Source of the DNA: an uncultured cyanobacterium
GTDB lineage: Bacteria > Cyanobacteriota > Cyanobacteriia > CAKZMO01
Direction of reading: 5' to 3'
Assembly: GCA_963719515.1 (NCBI GenBank)
Contig: CAVRCJ010000006.1
Coordinates: forward strand, 1-64,000
DNA: 64,000 bases
A program made the position numbers and the translations under genes. Of this stretch, positions 29,394 to 39,369 are shown in pieces (position 1 is the first letter of the stretch; the number at the start of each line of letters is the position of its first letter). Under the pieces are notes generated by a model, which was not told the DNA's origin, did not search any database, and worked only from the letters and a program-made list of their open reading frames with translations.

Positions 29394-30878
29394 CTATTCG
29401 GGAAGATCCACCAGCTCGCGGATATTGCCCTGGACGCCTCCAGCTGGCTCAAAGCGGCGATCGCCCCCGTGAACCTGTATCGGCATACCCTGAACCGGCG
29501 ACATAACGATCACCCCCGACTGGTCGATGACGCTTTGGGGCGCTAGCTGAAGGCGGTAGCGCTGTAGGAGCATGGCCAGAATCAGCTTGATCTCCATCAT
29601 TGCAAAGCCCGCCCCAATGCAGAGGCGGGGGCCAGCGCTAAAGGGGTTGTATTCGTAGGGCGAGGGGGAAAGGGTTTCCCAGCGGCTGGGGTCGAAGCGG
29701 CGCGGCTGGGGGTAGAGATCCGGCGTTTGGTGGGTTTGGGTAATGCTCACGAAGACCTCCGTGCCCGCCGGAATGGGGTGGCCCTGCATTTGCACATCCT
29801 GGGAGGTAATCCGGCCATTCCAGGGCACTGGCGACAAGACGCGCAGGCTCTCTTTGACGACGCGGTCTAGCAGGGGCAGCTGGGCGAGCTGCTCTAGGGT
29901 GGGGGGGCCATCTAAAACCGCTAGCTCGTCTACGACATCGGCGGCGATCGCCGGGTGCTGGGACAGTAAAAACAGGGTCCAGGTGAGGGCGTTGGCGCTG
30001 GTTTCATGGCCCGCCACAAAAATGACGTTGGCGTGGCCCATCAGCTCGGCCTCCGTCAGGCCCTCCTCCCCTGAGCCATTTCCCTCGTAGCGTGCCTGCA
30101 GCAGCATGGCCAGCACGTCGTAGCCAGCGCCGCCTTGGGTTTTCTCCTGGGCTCGCTTTTGGGCAATTAGCGATCGCTGCCGGTCGTCTAGCTGCCCCAG
30201 TCGGGTCAAAAGCTGATGGTAGGGCAGTCCCGGCAGGTCGATGGGCAGCAGCGCCACCCAGGGGTTGCCCAGGGTGCGAAGAATGTCCTGAATTAGGGGG
30301 CCGGTGGCGTCGTCGCTTCCCTCGGCAGTCAGCTCTTCGCCAAAAAAGGCCTTGGTTGCCACCTGCATGGTGAGGCGGCGCATCACGGCGGCCATGTCGT
30401 AGGTTTGCCCCACCTGCAGCCGGTCTAGGGTGGATTGGGTAAAGGCGACGATGTCGTCGCGGTGGGTGGCGATTTGGCGCTTGTGGAAGGCGGGCATCAT
30501 CAGCTGGCGGTGCTGGTAGTGGCGATCGCCGTTCATCCCAAACAGGCCCGCGCCAAAGTGGTTGAGGGCTTCGGTGCGGGGAGTGTCGTTCCGCCGCCGG
30601 TACATGCGCCCTGAGAGGGGATGCTTGAGAAAGACGTGGTTTTCGGTGGCCACCTGCCTGACGTTTTCAGGGCCGTAGACCAGTATTGTACCGGGGCAGT
30701 TTGGGGCTGAGGAGTAGAGGTTGAGGCCGCCCCGCCGCAGACAGACCACGGACCCGTAGGTTTGAAATAGGTCGCGGGCGTAGCCGACGGAGTTTTTGCC
30801 AAACCGCAGAATGTTGCGCCAGCGGGCTATAGGGCCGGTTGGCGGGCCGGGGATGGCGTTGAGGGTGGCAGCTGCCAT
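29394..30878 (-). CDS. cytochrome P450
   Basis: Motifs AGHETS, ESLR, FDPSRW, PFSAGPRLCIG. Confidence 0.95.
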   Translation of the reverse strand: MAAATLNAIPGPPTGPIARWRNILRFGKNSVGYARDLFQTYGSVVCLRRGGLNLYSSAPNCPGTILVYGPENVRQVATENHVFLKHPLSGRMYRRRNDTPRTEALNHFGAGLFGMNGDRHYQHRQLMMPAFHKRQIATHRDDIVAFTQSTLDRLQVGQTYDMAAVMRRLTMQVATKAFFGEELTAEGSDDATGPLIQDILRTLGNPWVALLPIDLPGLPYHQLLTRLGQLDDRQRSLIAQKRAQEKTQGGAGYDVLAMLLQARYEGNGSGEEGLTEAELMGHANVIFVAGHETSANALTWTLFLLSQHPAIAADVVDELAVLDGPPTLEQLAQLPLLDRVVKESLRVLSPVPWNGRITSQDVQMQGHPIPAGTEVFVSITQTHQTPDLYPQPRRFDPSRWETLSPSPYEYNPFSAGPRLCIGAGFAMMEIKLILAMLLQRYRLQLAPQSVIDQSGVIVMSPVQGMPIQVHGGDRRFEPAGGVQGNIRELVDLPE

Positions 30879-31011
30879 GGGGGAACCTCGCTTAACGCAA
30901 AAGTAAGCTAGACGATCGAGATGGGAACGACATCACGCAGGCAAAAGCATTCCTAAGGAAAATAGTACAGGTAATGTCGATTCTTCTCGAGTTCGAATCA
31001 CCCGGCTACGG

Positions 31012-31040
31012 TTGTCCCTGCAGCAAAACTGTAGTACATT
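31012..31040 (+). promoter_or_regulatory. sigma70-type promoter
   Basis: TTGTCC-N17-TACATT; predicted start site (~31047) coincides with the start of a long stem. Confidence 0.5.
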
Positions 31041-31046
31041 CAGCCA

Positions 31047-31240
31047 TGGCGCTTAGGCGCAAGCACGCCCCCCGACCGTACCAGGAATACGATCGAGAGG
31101 CTAGCCCCCGAATTTGGCGTTAGCAAATTCAGCGGTTATGTTGAGTTTACTGTCTCACAGACGGCTCTTCAGCGATCGCTGTGCTTTGCATCGCTCCTAG
31201 CGGAGTACAGATCTGGGGTGGCTTGTTGCCTGAGCGCCTC
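31047..31240 (+). ncRNA. putative structured leader / cis-regulatory RNA
   Basis: 31048-31071 pairs with 31215-31238; internal hairpins CGACCGTA/TACGATCG and GAATTTG/CAAATTC. Confidence 0.5.
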
Positions 31241-31269
31241 CTAAAACACCTCAGAAGGAGCAGTTCAAA

Positions 31270-31617
31270 ATGACATACGAATCTCGCCACGGCCAAGGGG
31301 AAACCACCCGCCGTGACCCATCGCGCAGCCAAATCGCCCACCCGGCCCCCGACAGCCGCCTCGATGAACTCAACACCCCAGACGCTGGCATACCAGACGG
31401 CCCAGACGACTCCGACACCCTGCTGCACATCATCATCGGCCCCCTCTACGCCGTCAACAACTGCCGCCACGAGCTGCATACTCGCGGCTACGCCGAGCCC
31501 AACGACTGGTCCAACCCCATCAAGATGCTCAACACCGCTGAGGTGATGCGCGGTCAGCATCCCAATGACGTGATGCGCGTTCTTAGGAAGCGGGTTAGGC
31601 CCATGCAGCAGCCGTAA
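31270..31617 (+). CDS. small cyanobacterial hypothetical protein
   Basis: AGAAGGAG RBS; IIIG...V....HELHTRGYAEPNDWS...VMRVL motif. Confidence 0.75.
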   Translation: MTYESRHGQGETTRRDPSRSQIAHPAPDSRLDELNTPDAGIPDGPDDSDTLLHIIIGPLYAVNNCRHELHTRGYAEPNDWSNPIKMLNTAEVMRGQHPNDVMRVLRKRVRPMQQP

Positions 31618-34600
31618 TTGACTCGATAACGCGCCTGATTTCTGTTTCGACATGGAGCCAGGCGCGATCGCGATCGCTCCATTGGGTAATGGGATCTGCC
31701 GTTTTGCGGGAGCCAGCTCAATTTGCCAAACGGCGTATTTTGCCGGTCTACAGGGCGCAAAATAACCGGGATGACGCGGGCCTCGCCAGCCTCATGGCGC
31801 TCCAGGGCTCGCGTCATCTCTTTCTCGTAGCAGTAGTCGGAGCCGATGAAGTCGGTGCTAATGAGCAGCAGGATGATGTCGGCGCGGTTGAGGTTGTCGT
31901 CGATTTCGTTGGCCCACTCATCGCCAGGAAGGATACGGCGATCGTGCCAGGTTTGGATGAGACCCTGCCGCTGCAGCAGCTTCAGGTGGGTTTCGAGCTG
32001 CTCGCGCAGGATGTCGTCTTTGTGGGAGTAGCTGTAGAACAGGCGCAGGGTGTCTTGGCGCTCTAGCTTTGTCTTGGGCTTGCGGCTGCCTTCGATGTCG
32101 ACGCCGTTGAGCAGATCTGGGACGCTCAGCTCAAGCAGCTCGCCATCAATAACCTCTTAAAGGCGCTACGCCCGTTTTCTTCTCGGACCAAGAGGTCTTT
32201 GTAGCTCATGTTTTGGACGGACGGCCAGGAACAGGGACGAGCTTCTAGCGGCTTGAATTTGAAGCTGCTGTGGATGCGATCGAAGTCATAGCGGATGATG
32301 GCGAGCAGGCGGCGACGACTGGCGATGGGGCCATCCACGCTGATGGAGACGCAGCGATCGGCGCGATCGGCTTTGACTAGGGCGCGGTTGCCCTCGAAGT
32401 TTAAGATGACGCCGGTGCGCCAGCGCAGCTGGTGCTCGCTGAGAACGTGGGTGCGGACGATGAAGCGGGGCAGTAGGCCCTCGGGGAGGATGGGGTATTC
32501 GTAGCGGAAGTTGAGGCATTCGGCGAGGTTAAACTCTTCCGCTGCTTTGGGCTGCTGCTTGTCGAGCAGGTCGGGGATGAGGTAGCGCTGCTCGTCTTCG
32601 GCGAAGCGGAAGCACAGCTCGAATTTGCGCATTAGCTCTAGCAGGAAGCCGTAGCGTTCAGAAGGATAGTTCTTTGGATCTAGGATATCGACCAGGTTTG
32701 ATTCCCTGAGTTCTCCTTTGGTCTCTGCTACGTTCGGAGCGTTGAGTAGGGCGTAGATGCCGTTAGTGACCCAGTGGGGATTGAGGACGTGGGTGTCGCG
32801 GAGGCGGAGATCTTCTTTGTAGTTGAGGGCGATGCCCAGGCTGTGGAGGCTGACGGCGAGGGAGTCTTGAGCGCTGGAGTCGGTTTCTTCGTTCTCTTGG
32901 CAGATCTCGCGATAGCGCTCGAAGGAAATATAGTTGTCGTCCATGCCGGACAGCCGCTCTTTGATGGTGAGCCAGCTTGCGGGGAAGGGGGTGCGTAGAT
33001 ATTCGAGGCGATCGGTTTCGCGCTTGATGGCGGCTTGCAGCTGATTTAAGCCCGATGTTTCGGCTTTACAGTCGGTGATGATGAACTCGCGGATGTTGGG
33101 AAACTTTTGCTGTAGCGCTCTGCGATTGACGTCGAAGGGGTGCTCGCTGAATTTGTTGAGGACGACAATGACGGGGGAGTCTGCCCCGAAGCTTTGAATC
33201 AGCTCCAGCCAGTAGTCGGCGTCTTCGTCTTCGTGACCCTGGCGACCGTTGAGCACCACGAGGTAGAGGCTGCGCTCGGTGAGAAAAAACTGGTGGGTGG
33301 AGTGCATGATTTCCTGACCGCCGAAGTCCCAGACGTGGAGGGTGATGTTTTCGCTGTCGTTGAGGACGACGGGCCACTGGGTGATTTGGATGCCTTCGGT
33401 TTTCTTAGAGTCGGGGTCAAAGGTATTTGTGATGAAGCGATCGACAAGGGAGGTTTTGCCGACGTTGCCGAAGCCGACGAGAATAAGTTTGGCTTCATTA
33501 AGGGGAGTGCGATCGCTCTGTATGCGGAAGTAGTAGTTGAGGATATCCTGGGGGTTAGCGGGCGTTGCGCTCTCTTCGTTGACCTGCTCCCAAGTCGGTC
33601 CCAACACCTCGACAGAGAGTCCTAATTTCTCGTTTTCGTGCAGGTAAAGCTGTGAAAGATTGCTCAGCTGCCCCAACTCCTTCGGCAACGCTGTCAGTTG
33701 ATTTTGGTTGAGGGAAAGCTCTGAAAGATTGCTCAGCTGCCCCAACTCCTTCGGCAACGCTGTCAGTTGATTTTGGTTGAGGGAAAGCCGTGAAAGATTG
33801 CTCAGCTGCCCCAACTCCTTCGGCACCGCTGTCAGTTGATTTTGGGAGAGGGAAAGCCTGAAAGATTGCTCAGCTGCCCCAACTCCTTCGGCACCGCTGT
33901 CAGTTGATTTTGGGAGAGGGAAAGCCGTGAAAGATTGCTCAGCTGCCCCAGCTCCTTCGGCACCGCTGTCAGTTGGTTTTGGGTGAGGTAAAGCTCTGAA
34001 AGATTGCTCAGCTGCCCCAACTCCTTCGGCACCGCTGTCAGTTGATTTTGGGTGAGGTAAAGCTCTGAAAGATTGCTCAGCTGCCCCAACTCCTTCGGCA
34101 ACGCTGTCAGTTGATTTTGGGTGAGGTAAAGCTCTGAAAGATTGCTCAGCTGCCCCAACTCCTTCGGCAACGCTGTCAGTTGATTTTGGTGGAGGTAAAG
34201 CTCTGAAAGATTGCTCAGCTGCCCCAACTCCTTCGGCAACGCTGTCAGTTGATTTTGGGTGAGGGAAAGCCTGAAAGATTGCTCAGCTGCCCCAACTCCT
34301 TCGGCAACGCTGTCAGTTGATTTTGGTGGAGGTAAAGCCTGAAAGATTGCTCAGCTGCCCCAACTCCTTCGGCAACGCTGTCAGTTGATTTTGGTCGAGG
34401 GAAAGCCGTGAAAGATTGCTCAGCTGCCCCAACTCCTTCGGCAACGCTGTCAGTTGATTTTGGGCGAGGTAAAGCTCTGAAAGATTGCTCAGCTGCCCCA
34501 ACTCCTTCGGCAACGCTGTCAGTTGATTTTGGGTCGAGGAAAAGCACGTGAAAGATTGCTCAGCTGCCCCAACTCCTTCGGCAACGCTGTCAGTTGATTT

Positions 34601-35064
34601 TGGGAGAGGTCAAGCCCTGAAAGATTGCTCAGCTGCCCCAGCTCCTTCGGCAACGCTGTCAGTTGATTTTGGGAGAGGGAAAGCCCTGAAAGATTGCTCA
34701 GCTGCCCCAGCTCCTTCGGCAACGCTGTCAGCTCTAATTCAGAAAGGTCTAGCTTAGTCGCACCGTCTGAAATTGCCTGCCGGATTCGCCTTTTCGCTTC
34801 CGCAAAACCCTCGGCCTCATCAGCCTCTGTCCATTCCCCATCAGGCACGATCGCCCCCAGCTCCACCCCCAGCACCCGAGCGATCGCCTCAACGCTCGAT
34901 CGCCCCACCCGCTTCCCCCGCTCCGGGTGAAACAACCGACTCACCGTATCCGCACTCATCCCCGCCCGCTCCGCGATCGCTGCAAAGCTCAACCCAAGCT
35001 CCGCCTTCGCCGCCCGTAGCCGCTCCACTCCCTCCGGGCTGGCCAAAAAACCGCGCTTGCTCAT
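31595..35064 (-). CDS. XRE-HTH / LRR / Roc GTPase / COR / TIR protein (multiple frameshifts in this assembly)
   Basis: N-terminal HTH (LSFAAIAERAGMSADTVSR); 23-aa LRRs; GFGNVGKTSL and WDFGGQE; COR; TIR (LFYSYSHKD...WHDRRI.PGDEW...SDYCYEKEM) read from the minus strand ~32050-31600. Confidence 0.88.
33640..34735 (-). repeat. 16 tandem near-identical 69-bp LRR-coding units
   Basis: AAAGATTGCTCAGCTGCCCC recurs 16 times from 33655 to 34689; spacing is 69 bp except three of 68 and one of 71. Confidence 0.95.
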
Positions 35065-35156
35065 GAGTCGCCGTCATCCGTCAATTTTTCTCCAGCGTAG
35101 CCGAATCAGCACAGCGCTGTCCTGCTCAAACCCCAACCATTTACCCCCCAACCCCC

Positions 35157-35470
35157 ACCGCCAAGCTCAAACCCTCAACCGCCGAGTTCGGAACCTCAAC
35201 CGCCAAGCTCAAACTCTCAACCATCAAGCTCAGAGCCTCAATTGCCGAGTTCGGGGCCTCAATCGCCAAGTATCGGAACCTCAACCATCAAGCTCAAACC
35301 CTCAACTGCCAAGCTCAAACCCTTCAATTGCCGAGTTCGGAACCTCAACCATCAAGCTCAAACCCTCAACCATCAAGCTAAAACCCTCAATTGCCGAGTT
35401 CGGAGCCTCAATTGCCGAGTTCAGAACCTCAATTGCCGAGTTCAGAACCTCAACCACCAAGCTCAAATCT
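35157..35470. repeat. ~15 tandem 21-bp units of two subtypes
   Basis: Variants of AACCATCAAGCTCAAACCCTC and AATTGCCGAGTTCGGAACCTC. Confidence 0.9.
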
Positions 35471-35513
35471 CGACATGACAAGCCCTTGGTCATTAAATTC
35501 AGTCACGCCACGA

Positions 35514-35842
35514 CGCCCGCAGACAAATCGCGGGCTGATTGAAGGCACCCACTAAAGTGGGTTAAAGCCATGTCCGCAAAGCGTTTCAGCGAGTGAAGTT
35601 TCTCCAGAGTCCACTTCAGTGGACGGCCCCCGGTAGTCCGCGATTTATCTGCGGACGTTTGCTGCGAACGTTTGCTGCGGACTGCGGACGTTTGCTGCGG
35701 ACTGCAGACGTTTGCTGCGGGCTGCGGACGTTTGCTGCGGACGTTTGCAAAGCGCCTGTAGGGCATGGCTGCGCTAAGACATCAGAAAACCCAACAAAAC
35801 GACTGCTATTGTTGGGTTTCACTGCGTTCACCCCCACCCTAC
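35514..35842. repeat. REP/REPIN-like palindrome cluster with 13-bp tandem expansion
   Basis: 23-bp inverted termini 35514-35536 / 35635-35657; inner palindromes; GCGGACGTTTGCT repeats to ~35748; GTAGGG...CCCTAC doublet at 35758-35842. Confidence 0.7.
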
Positions 35843-36151
35843 CTAACCCCAATTTTGAGCCCTGACGAAGGGCGAGTAACGATCGCCGCCGTCATTGAGC
35901 GATCGCCGTCGCTGCTGGCAAGAGGGGCAACCCCTTCACTGGCGACTCAACCGCGCATTCCCCCCCACCGGGCGAAAAAGGGGCAACAAGCGCAGCAGCC
36001 ATAGTCCAGCCTCAAACTCAGATTTCCAGAGACCCAGGCTACAGGCGTAGGGGTGTTTATGGTGTTAATGTGGCGCAATGTATTGTAAGTCAGCCCATCT
36101 CAACCTTGGGTGCTGCACTAGGCCGACTCACCTACCCCCAACCTCTACAGC

Positions 36152-37885
36152 ATGCAATTGACCCACGGCTTACACTTTCGGAATATTCGGGGAGACCTGT
36201 TTGGGGGCCTCACTGCAGCCATCGTGGCGCTTCCCCTAGCCCTCGCGTTCGGCGTTGCTTCAGGGGCGGGGGCGATCGCGGGGCTGTATGGGGCCGTCTT
36301 CACGGGGTTCTTCGCGGCCCTGTTTGGCGGGACGCCGTCCCAGGTCTCCGGGCCGACGGGTCCTATGACGGTAGTGATGGCGACGGTGTTTAGCAAACTA
36401 ATCGCCGACGATCCCGAAAACGGCATCGCCATGGCGTTCACCGCCGTCATGCTGGCTGGCCTGTTTCAAATCCTGTTTGGGGTGATGCGCCTGGGCCGCT
36501 TCATTACCCTAATGCCCTACCCCGTGATCTCGGGCTTCATGTCCGGCATTGGGGTGATTATTATTGTCTTACAGCTGGCCCCGCTAATTGGATATCCCGC
36601 TCAGAGCAGCGTCGTCGAAGGGCTGCGGCAGCTGCCGGTCTATCTATCTGCGCCCCACCTCATCGCCACCGGGCTGGGTCTTTTGACGTTGGCCATCGTG
36701 TTTTTGTGGCCCAAAAAACTAGAGCGGCTGGTGCCCTCGCCGCTGGTGGCGCTTATCCTCTGCACCGCCCTCTCAATTTTATTTTTTTCCAACAGTGACC
36801 TAGCCCGCATCGGCGATATTCCCCAAGGACTACCAAAGCTGCAGTGGCCCCGGCTCAACCTCAATCAGCTGCAAAATGTCTTGGGGTACGGGGTGATGCT
36901 GGCGACGCTGGGCGCGATTGACTCGCTGCTGACCTCCCTCGTCGCCGACAACATCACCCGAACGCAGCACGACTCAGAAAAAGAGCTAGTCGGTCAAGGC
37001 ATCGGCAACCTCTTGTCCGGTCTGTTTGGGGGGCTGCCGGGGGCGGGGGCAACGATGCGCACCGTCATCAACGTGCAGGCGGGAGGACGTACGCCGCTGT
37101 CGGGCATGACCCACGCGCTGATTTTGCTCTGCATTGTGCTGTGGGCCGGTGACATCACGGCTCAAATCCCCCACGCCGTCCTCGCCGGAATTTTGATCAA
37201 GGTCGGCGTCAAAATTGTGGACTGGAACTTTCTGTGGCGCATCTGCAGAGTCTCTCTGCGGGCCTCTCTGGTGGCCTACGGCGTCCTGCTGCTGACGGTG
37301 TTTGTCGACTTGATTACCGCCGTGGCCGTAGGCGCTTTTGTCGCCAACATGCTCACCATTCAGCGGCTGACCACCATTCAAATCGGAAAAATTCGGGCGC
37401 TCACCCATCCCGACGACGATCCCGATATCGGCCTGTCCCCCGAAGAGAAGCAGCTGCTGAGCCAAGGCCAAGAGCAGATTTTGCTGATTCAGATGAGCGG
37501 CCCTATCAGCTACGGGGCCGCCAGAACCCTGTCGTTTCACATGGGGCAGTCGTACAAGATTCTCGTTTTGGACGTCACTGATGTTCCGCTGATGGGAATC
37601 ACGGCATCGCTGCTGATTGAAACCGAAGTCAAAATGGTGCGCGGCAGGCGGCAGGGAGATGTCTTTATTGTGGGCGCTAAGGGGCAGGTGCTCAAGCGGC
37701 TACAGCAGTTCAAGATAGACAGGGTTCTGTCGTCGTCAAACTTTGCGCCGACCTGTCACGAGGCGCTGCAGATGGCGCTGGCGCGGCTCGATACCGACGC
37801 GGCCACTGGCCAAGCCGAACAGAGTCCCTCTCAGGTGGAACAAGCCCCCAGATCGCGCCCGGCTCACCCCTCACGCAAACCCTAG
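36152..37885 (+). CDS. SulP family anion transporter (BicA-like) with STAS domain
   Basis: Motifs GDLFGGLTAAIVALPLALAFG, SGPTGPM, GAGATMRT. Confidence 0.92.
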   Translation: MQLTHGLHFRNIRGDLFGGLTAAIVALPLALAFGVASGAGAIAGLYGAVFTGFFAALFGGTPSQVSGPTGPMTVVMATVFSKLIADDPENGIAMAFTAVMLAGLFQILFGVMRLGRFITLMPYPVISGFMSGIGVIIIVLQLAPLIGYPAQSSVVEGLRQLPVYLSAPHLIATGLGLLTLAIVFLWPKKLERLVPSPLVALILCTALSILFFSNSDLARIGDIPQGLPKLQWPRLNLNQLQNVLGYGVMLATLGAIDSLLTSLVADNITRTQHDSEKELVGQGIGNLLSGLFGGLPGAGATMRTVINVQAGGRTPLSGMTHALILLCIVLWAGDITAQIPHAVLAGILIKVGVKIVDWNFLWRICRVSLRASLVAYGVLLLTVFVDLITAVAVGAFVANMLTIQRLTTIQIGKIRALTHPDDDPDIGLSPEEKQLLSQGQEQILLIQMSGPISYGAARTLSFHMGQSYKILVLDVTDVPLMGITASLLIETEVKMVRGRRQGDVFIVGAKGQVLKRLQQFKIDRVLSSSNFAPTCHEALQMALARLDTDAATGQAEQSPSQVEQAPRSRPAHPSRKP

Positions 37886-38787
37886 CCCCCCGTCAGGGTC
37901 AAGGGCCGGTCTTGGGGTGCCGCTTTCGGCACCTGGCCGGACTGCGATCGCTCCCCAGGAGCCACCATCAGCCGGATCACCGTCAGCTCCGGCGGGCACC
38001 ACAGCCGGCCCGGTGGGTAGGTTCCCAGGCCTCGGTTCACGTAAAGCATATTTTCCCCCACCCGGTGTAACCCCTGCGCCCATTCCCAATGCTTCACCAC
38101 CTTGTGGCAGTCTCGGCGCATGTAGGGCACCCAGCGGCGCAGCCACTTAGGCGTCCGGTTGCGCAACTGTTGGTACCACTGAGGGAATGGCCCTATCCAC
38201 GGCAGCACAATTTGCCCACCGTGGGTATGGCCCGACAGCTGCAGGTCAACCCGATACGGCTTCAGGGGGACGGCGCTGTCGGGGTTGTGAGAGAGGACCA
38301 AACGAGGGGTCCCCGCAGGGACTGTGTCAAGCACATCGGCGCGAAACTCCCGCGACCAGTAGTCCGCCAACCCTACCAGAGCCAGCCCCTTGCCCCAGGG
38401 GTAGCACACTTGGTTCCACAGCACCGGAATGCCCACAGCCTCAAACGCTTGGGTAACGGTGGACCGCGTGTGGGGGTAGTAGATGTCGTGGTTGCCCAAA
38501 ATCGCGTAGACGCCGGTCTTTGCTTCTAAATGCTGGAGATGCTGAGCGAGCGGCCCGGCGGGAGCCGGGTCATTGGTGATGTGGTCGCCTGTGAGCACCA
38601 CTAGGTCGGGCGCGTAGCGGTTGCTGAGGGCGATCGCCTCGGTGAGCAGGTCCGTAGACAGGCGAACGCCGTCGTAATGCAGGTCGGAAAGCTGGGTAAT
38701 GGTGAGCCCGCTTAGGTGGCTGGGCAATCCTTTGATAGAGACGGTTAGGGTCTCGACGCTGAGCGACCCCGATAGCCATCGATGCAT
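37882..38787 (-). CDS. metallophosphoesterase
   Basis: Motifs SDLH, TGD, GNHD, SHNPD, GHTHGGQ. Confidence 0.92.
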   Translation of the reverse strand: MHRWLSGSLSVETLTVSIKGLPSHLSGLTITQLSDLHYDGVRLSTDLLTEAIALSNRYAPDLVVLTGDHITNDPAPAGPLAQHLQHLEAKTGVYAILGNHDIYYPHTRSTVTQAFEAVGIPVLWNQVCYPWGKGLALVGLADYWSREFRADVLDTVPAGTPRLVLSHNPDSAVPLKPYRVDLQLSGHTHGGQIVLPWIGPFPQWYQQLRNRTPKWLRRWVPYMRRDCHKVVKHWEWAQGLHRVGENMLYVNRGLGTYPPGRLWCPPELTVIRLMVAPGERSQSGQVPKAAPQDRPLTLTGG

Positions 38788-38852
38788 AACGCTACTCCAA
38801 AACGCAGTTGCTGAGGGCCAAAAACAGCCAAAGTTTACTCTAATTATCCTAT

Positions 38853-39113
38853 CTATTCCTCCGGCATTGCCTCCTCCGAAGCGGCAGCAGTGGGGGGGCG
38901 ATCGCTGCTCCAGGCCCACCAGGGCGCACCACATTCGCAGTGATAAAACTCTTGCCACTTGCGCTGCCGATCAAAGGTATAGACGGGCGATCGCCGATTG
39001 AGCCAGACCGCCGTTGCTTTCTGAGACGGGGCAGCGCATTGGGGGCAGCAAAACGTCCGGGCATGAATTGCCTCTTGAGTCCAATCGGGCGGCGTTGGCG
39101 CAAATGCGTCCAT
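38853..39113 (-). CDS. small Cys-rich (Zn-ribbon-like) hypothetical protein
   Basis: CCPQC...WQEFYHCECG..WWAW. Confidence 0.75.
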   Translation of the reverse strand: MDAFAPTPPDWTQEAIHARTFCCPQCAAPSQKATAVWLNRRSPVYTFDRQRKWQEFYHCECGAPWWAWSSDRPPTAAASEEAMPEE

Positions 39114-39369
39114 GAGTTACTCTGGTTTACTTCGTGTAGCTGATTTATTGGGGCGACTTGGTAGCGCTAGATGGCGTCGGACATCGTGCTTATTTTAGCG
39201 ACTTCTCGCGGTTTCCATAAAAATTAACAACAACAGTCGCTAGGTCGTCACGTCAGCGATCGCGTTAGCGATTAGTATGGGGGCGGGTCTTCGGGCGCTT
39301 TAGCTTGTCTAGACGTCGGCCTAAGTCGTTAAGTTAGACCTGGCCCGGTTGAATTAGGCAAAGTGTGGT

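Noticed and set aside
33640..34735. CRISPR array
   Set aside because: Units are contiguous 69-bp coding repeats with no unique spacers, and no cas genes are present.
35157..35470. CRISPR mini-array or real 161-aa ORF
   Set aside because: No spacers; several frames are open only because of the repeat.
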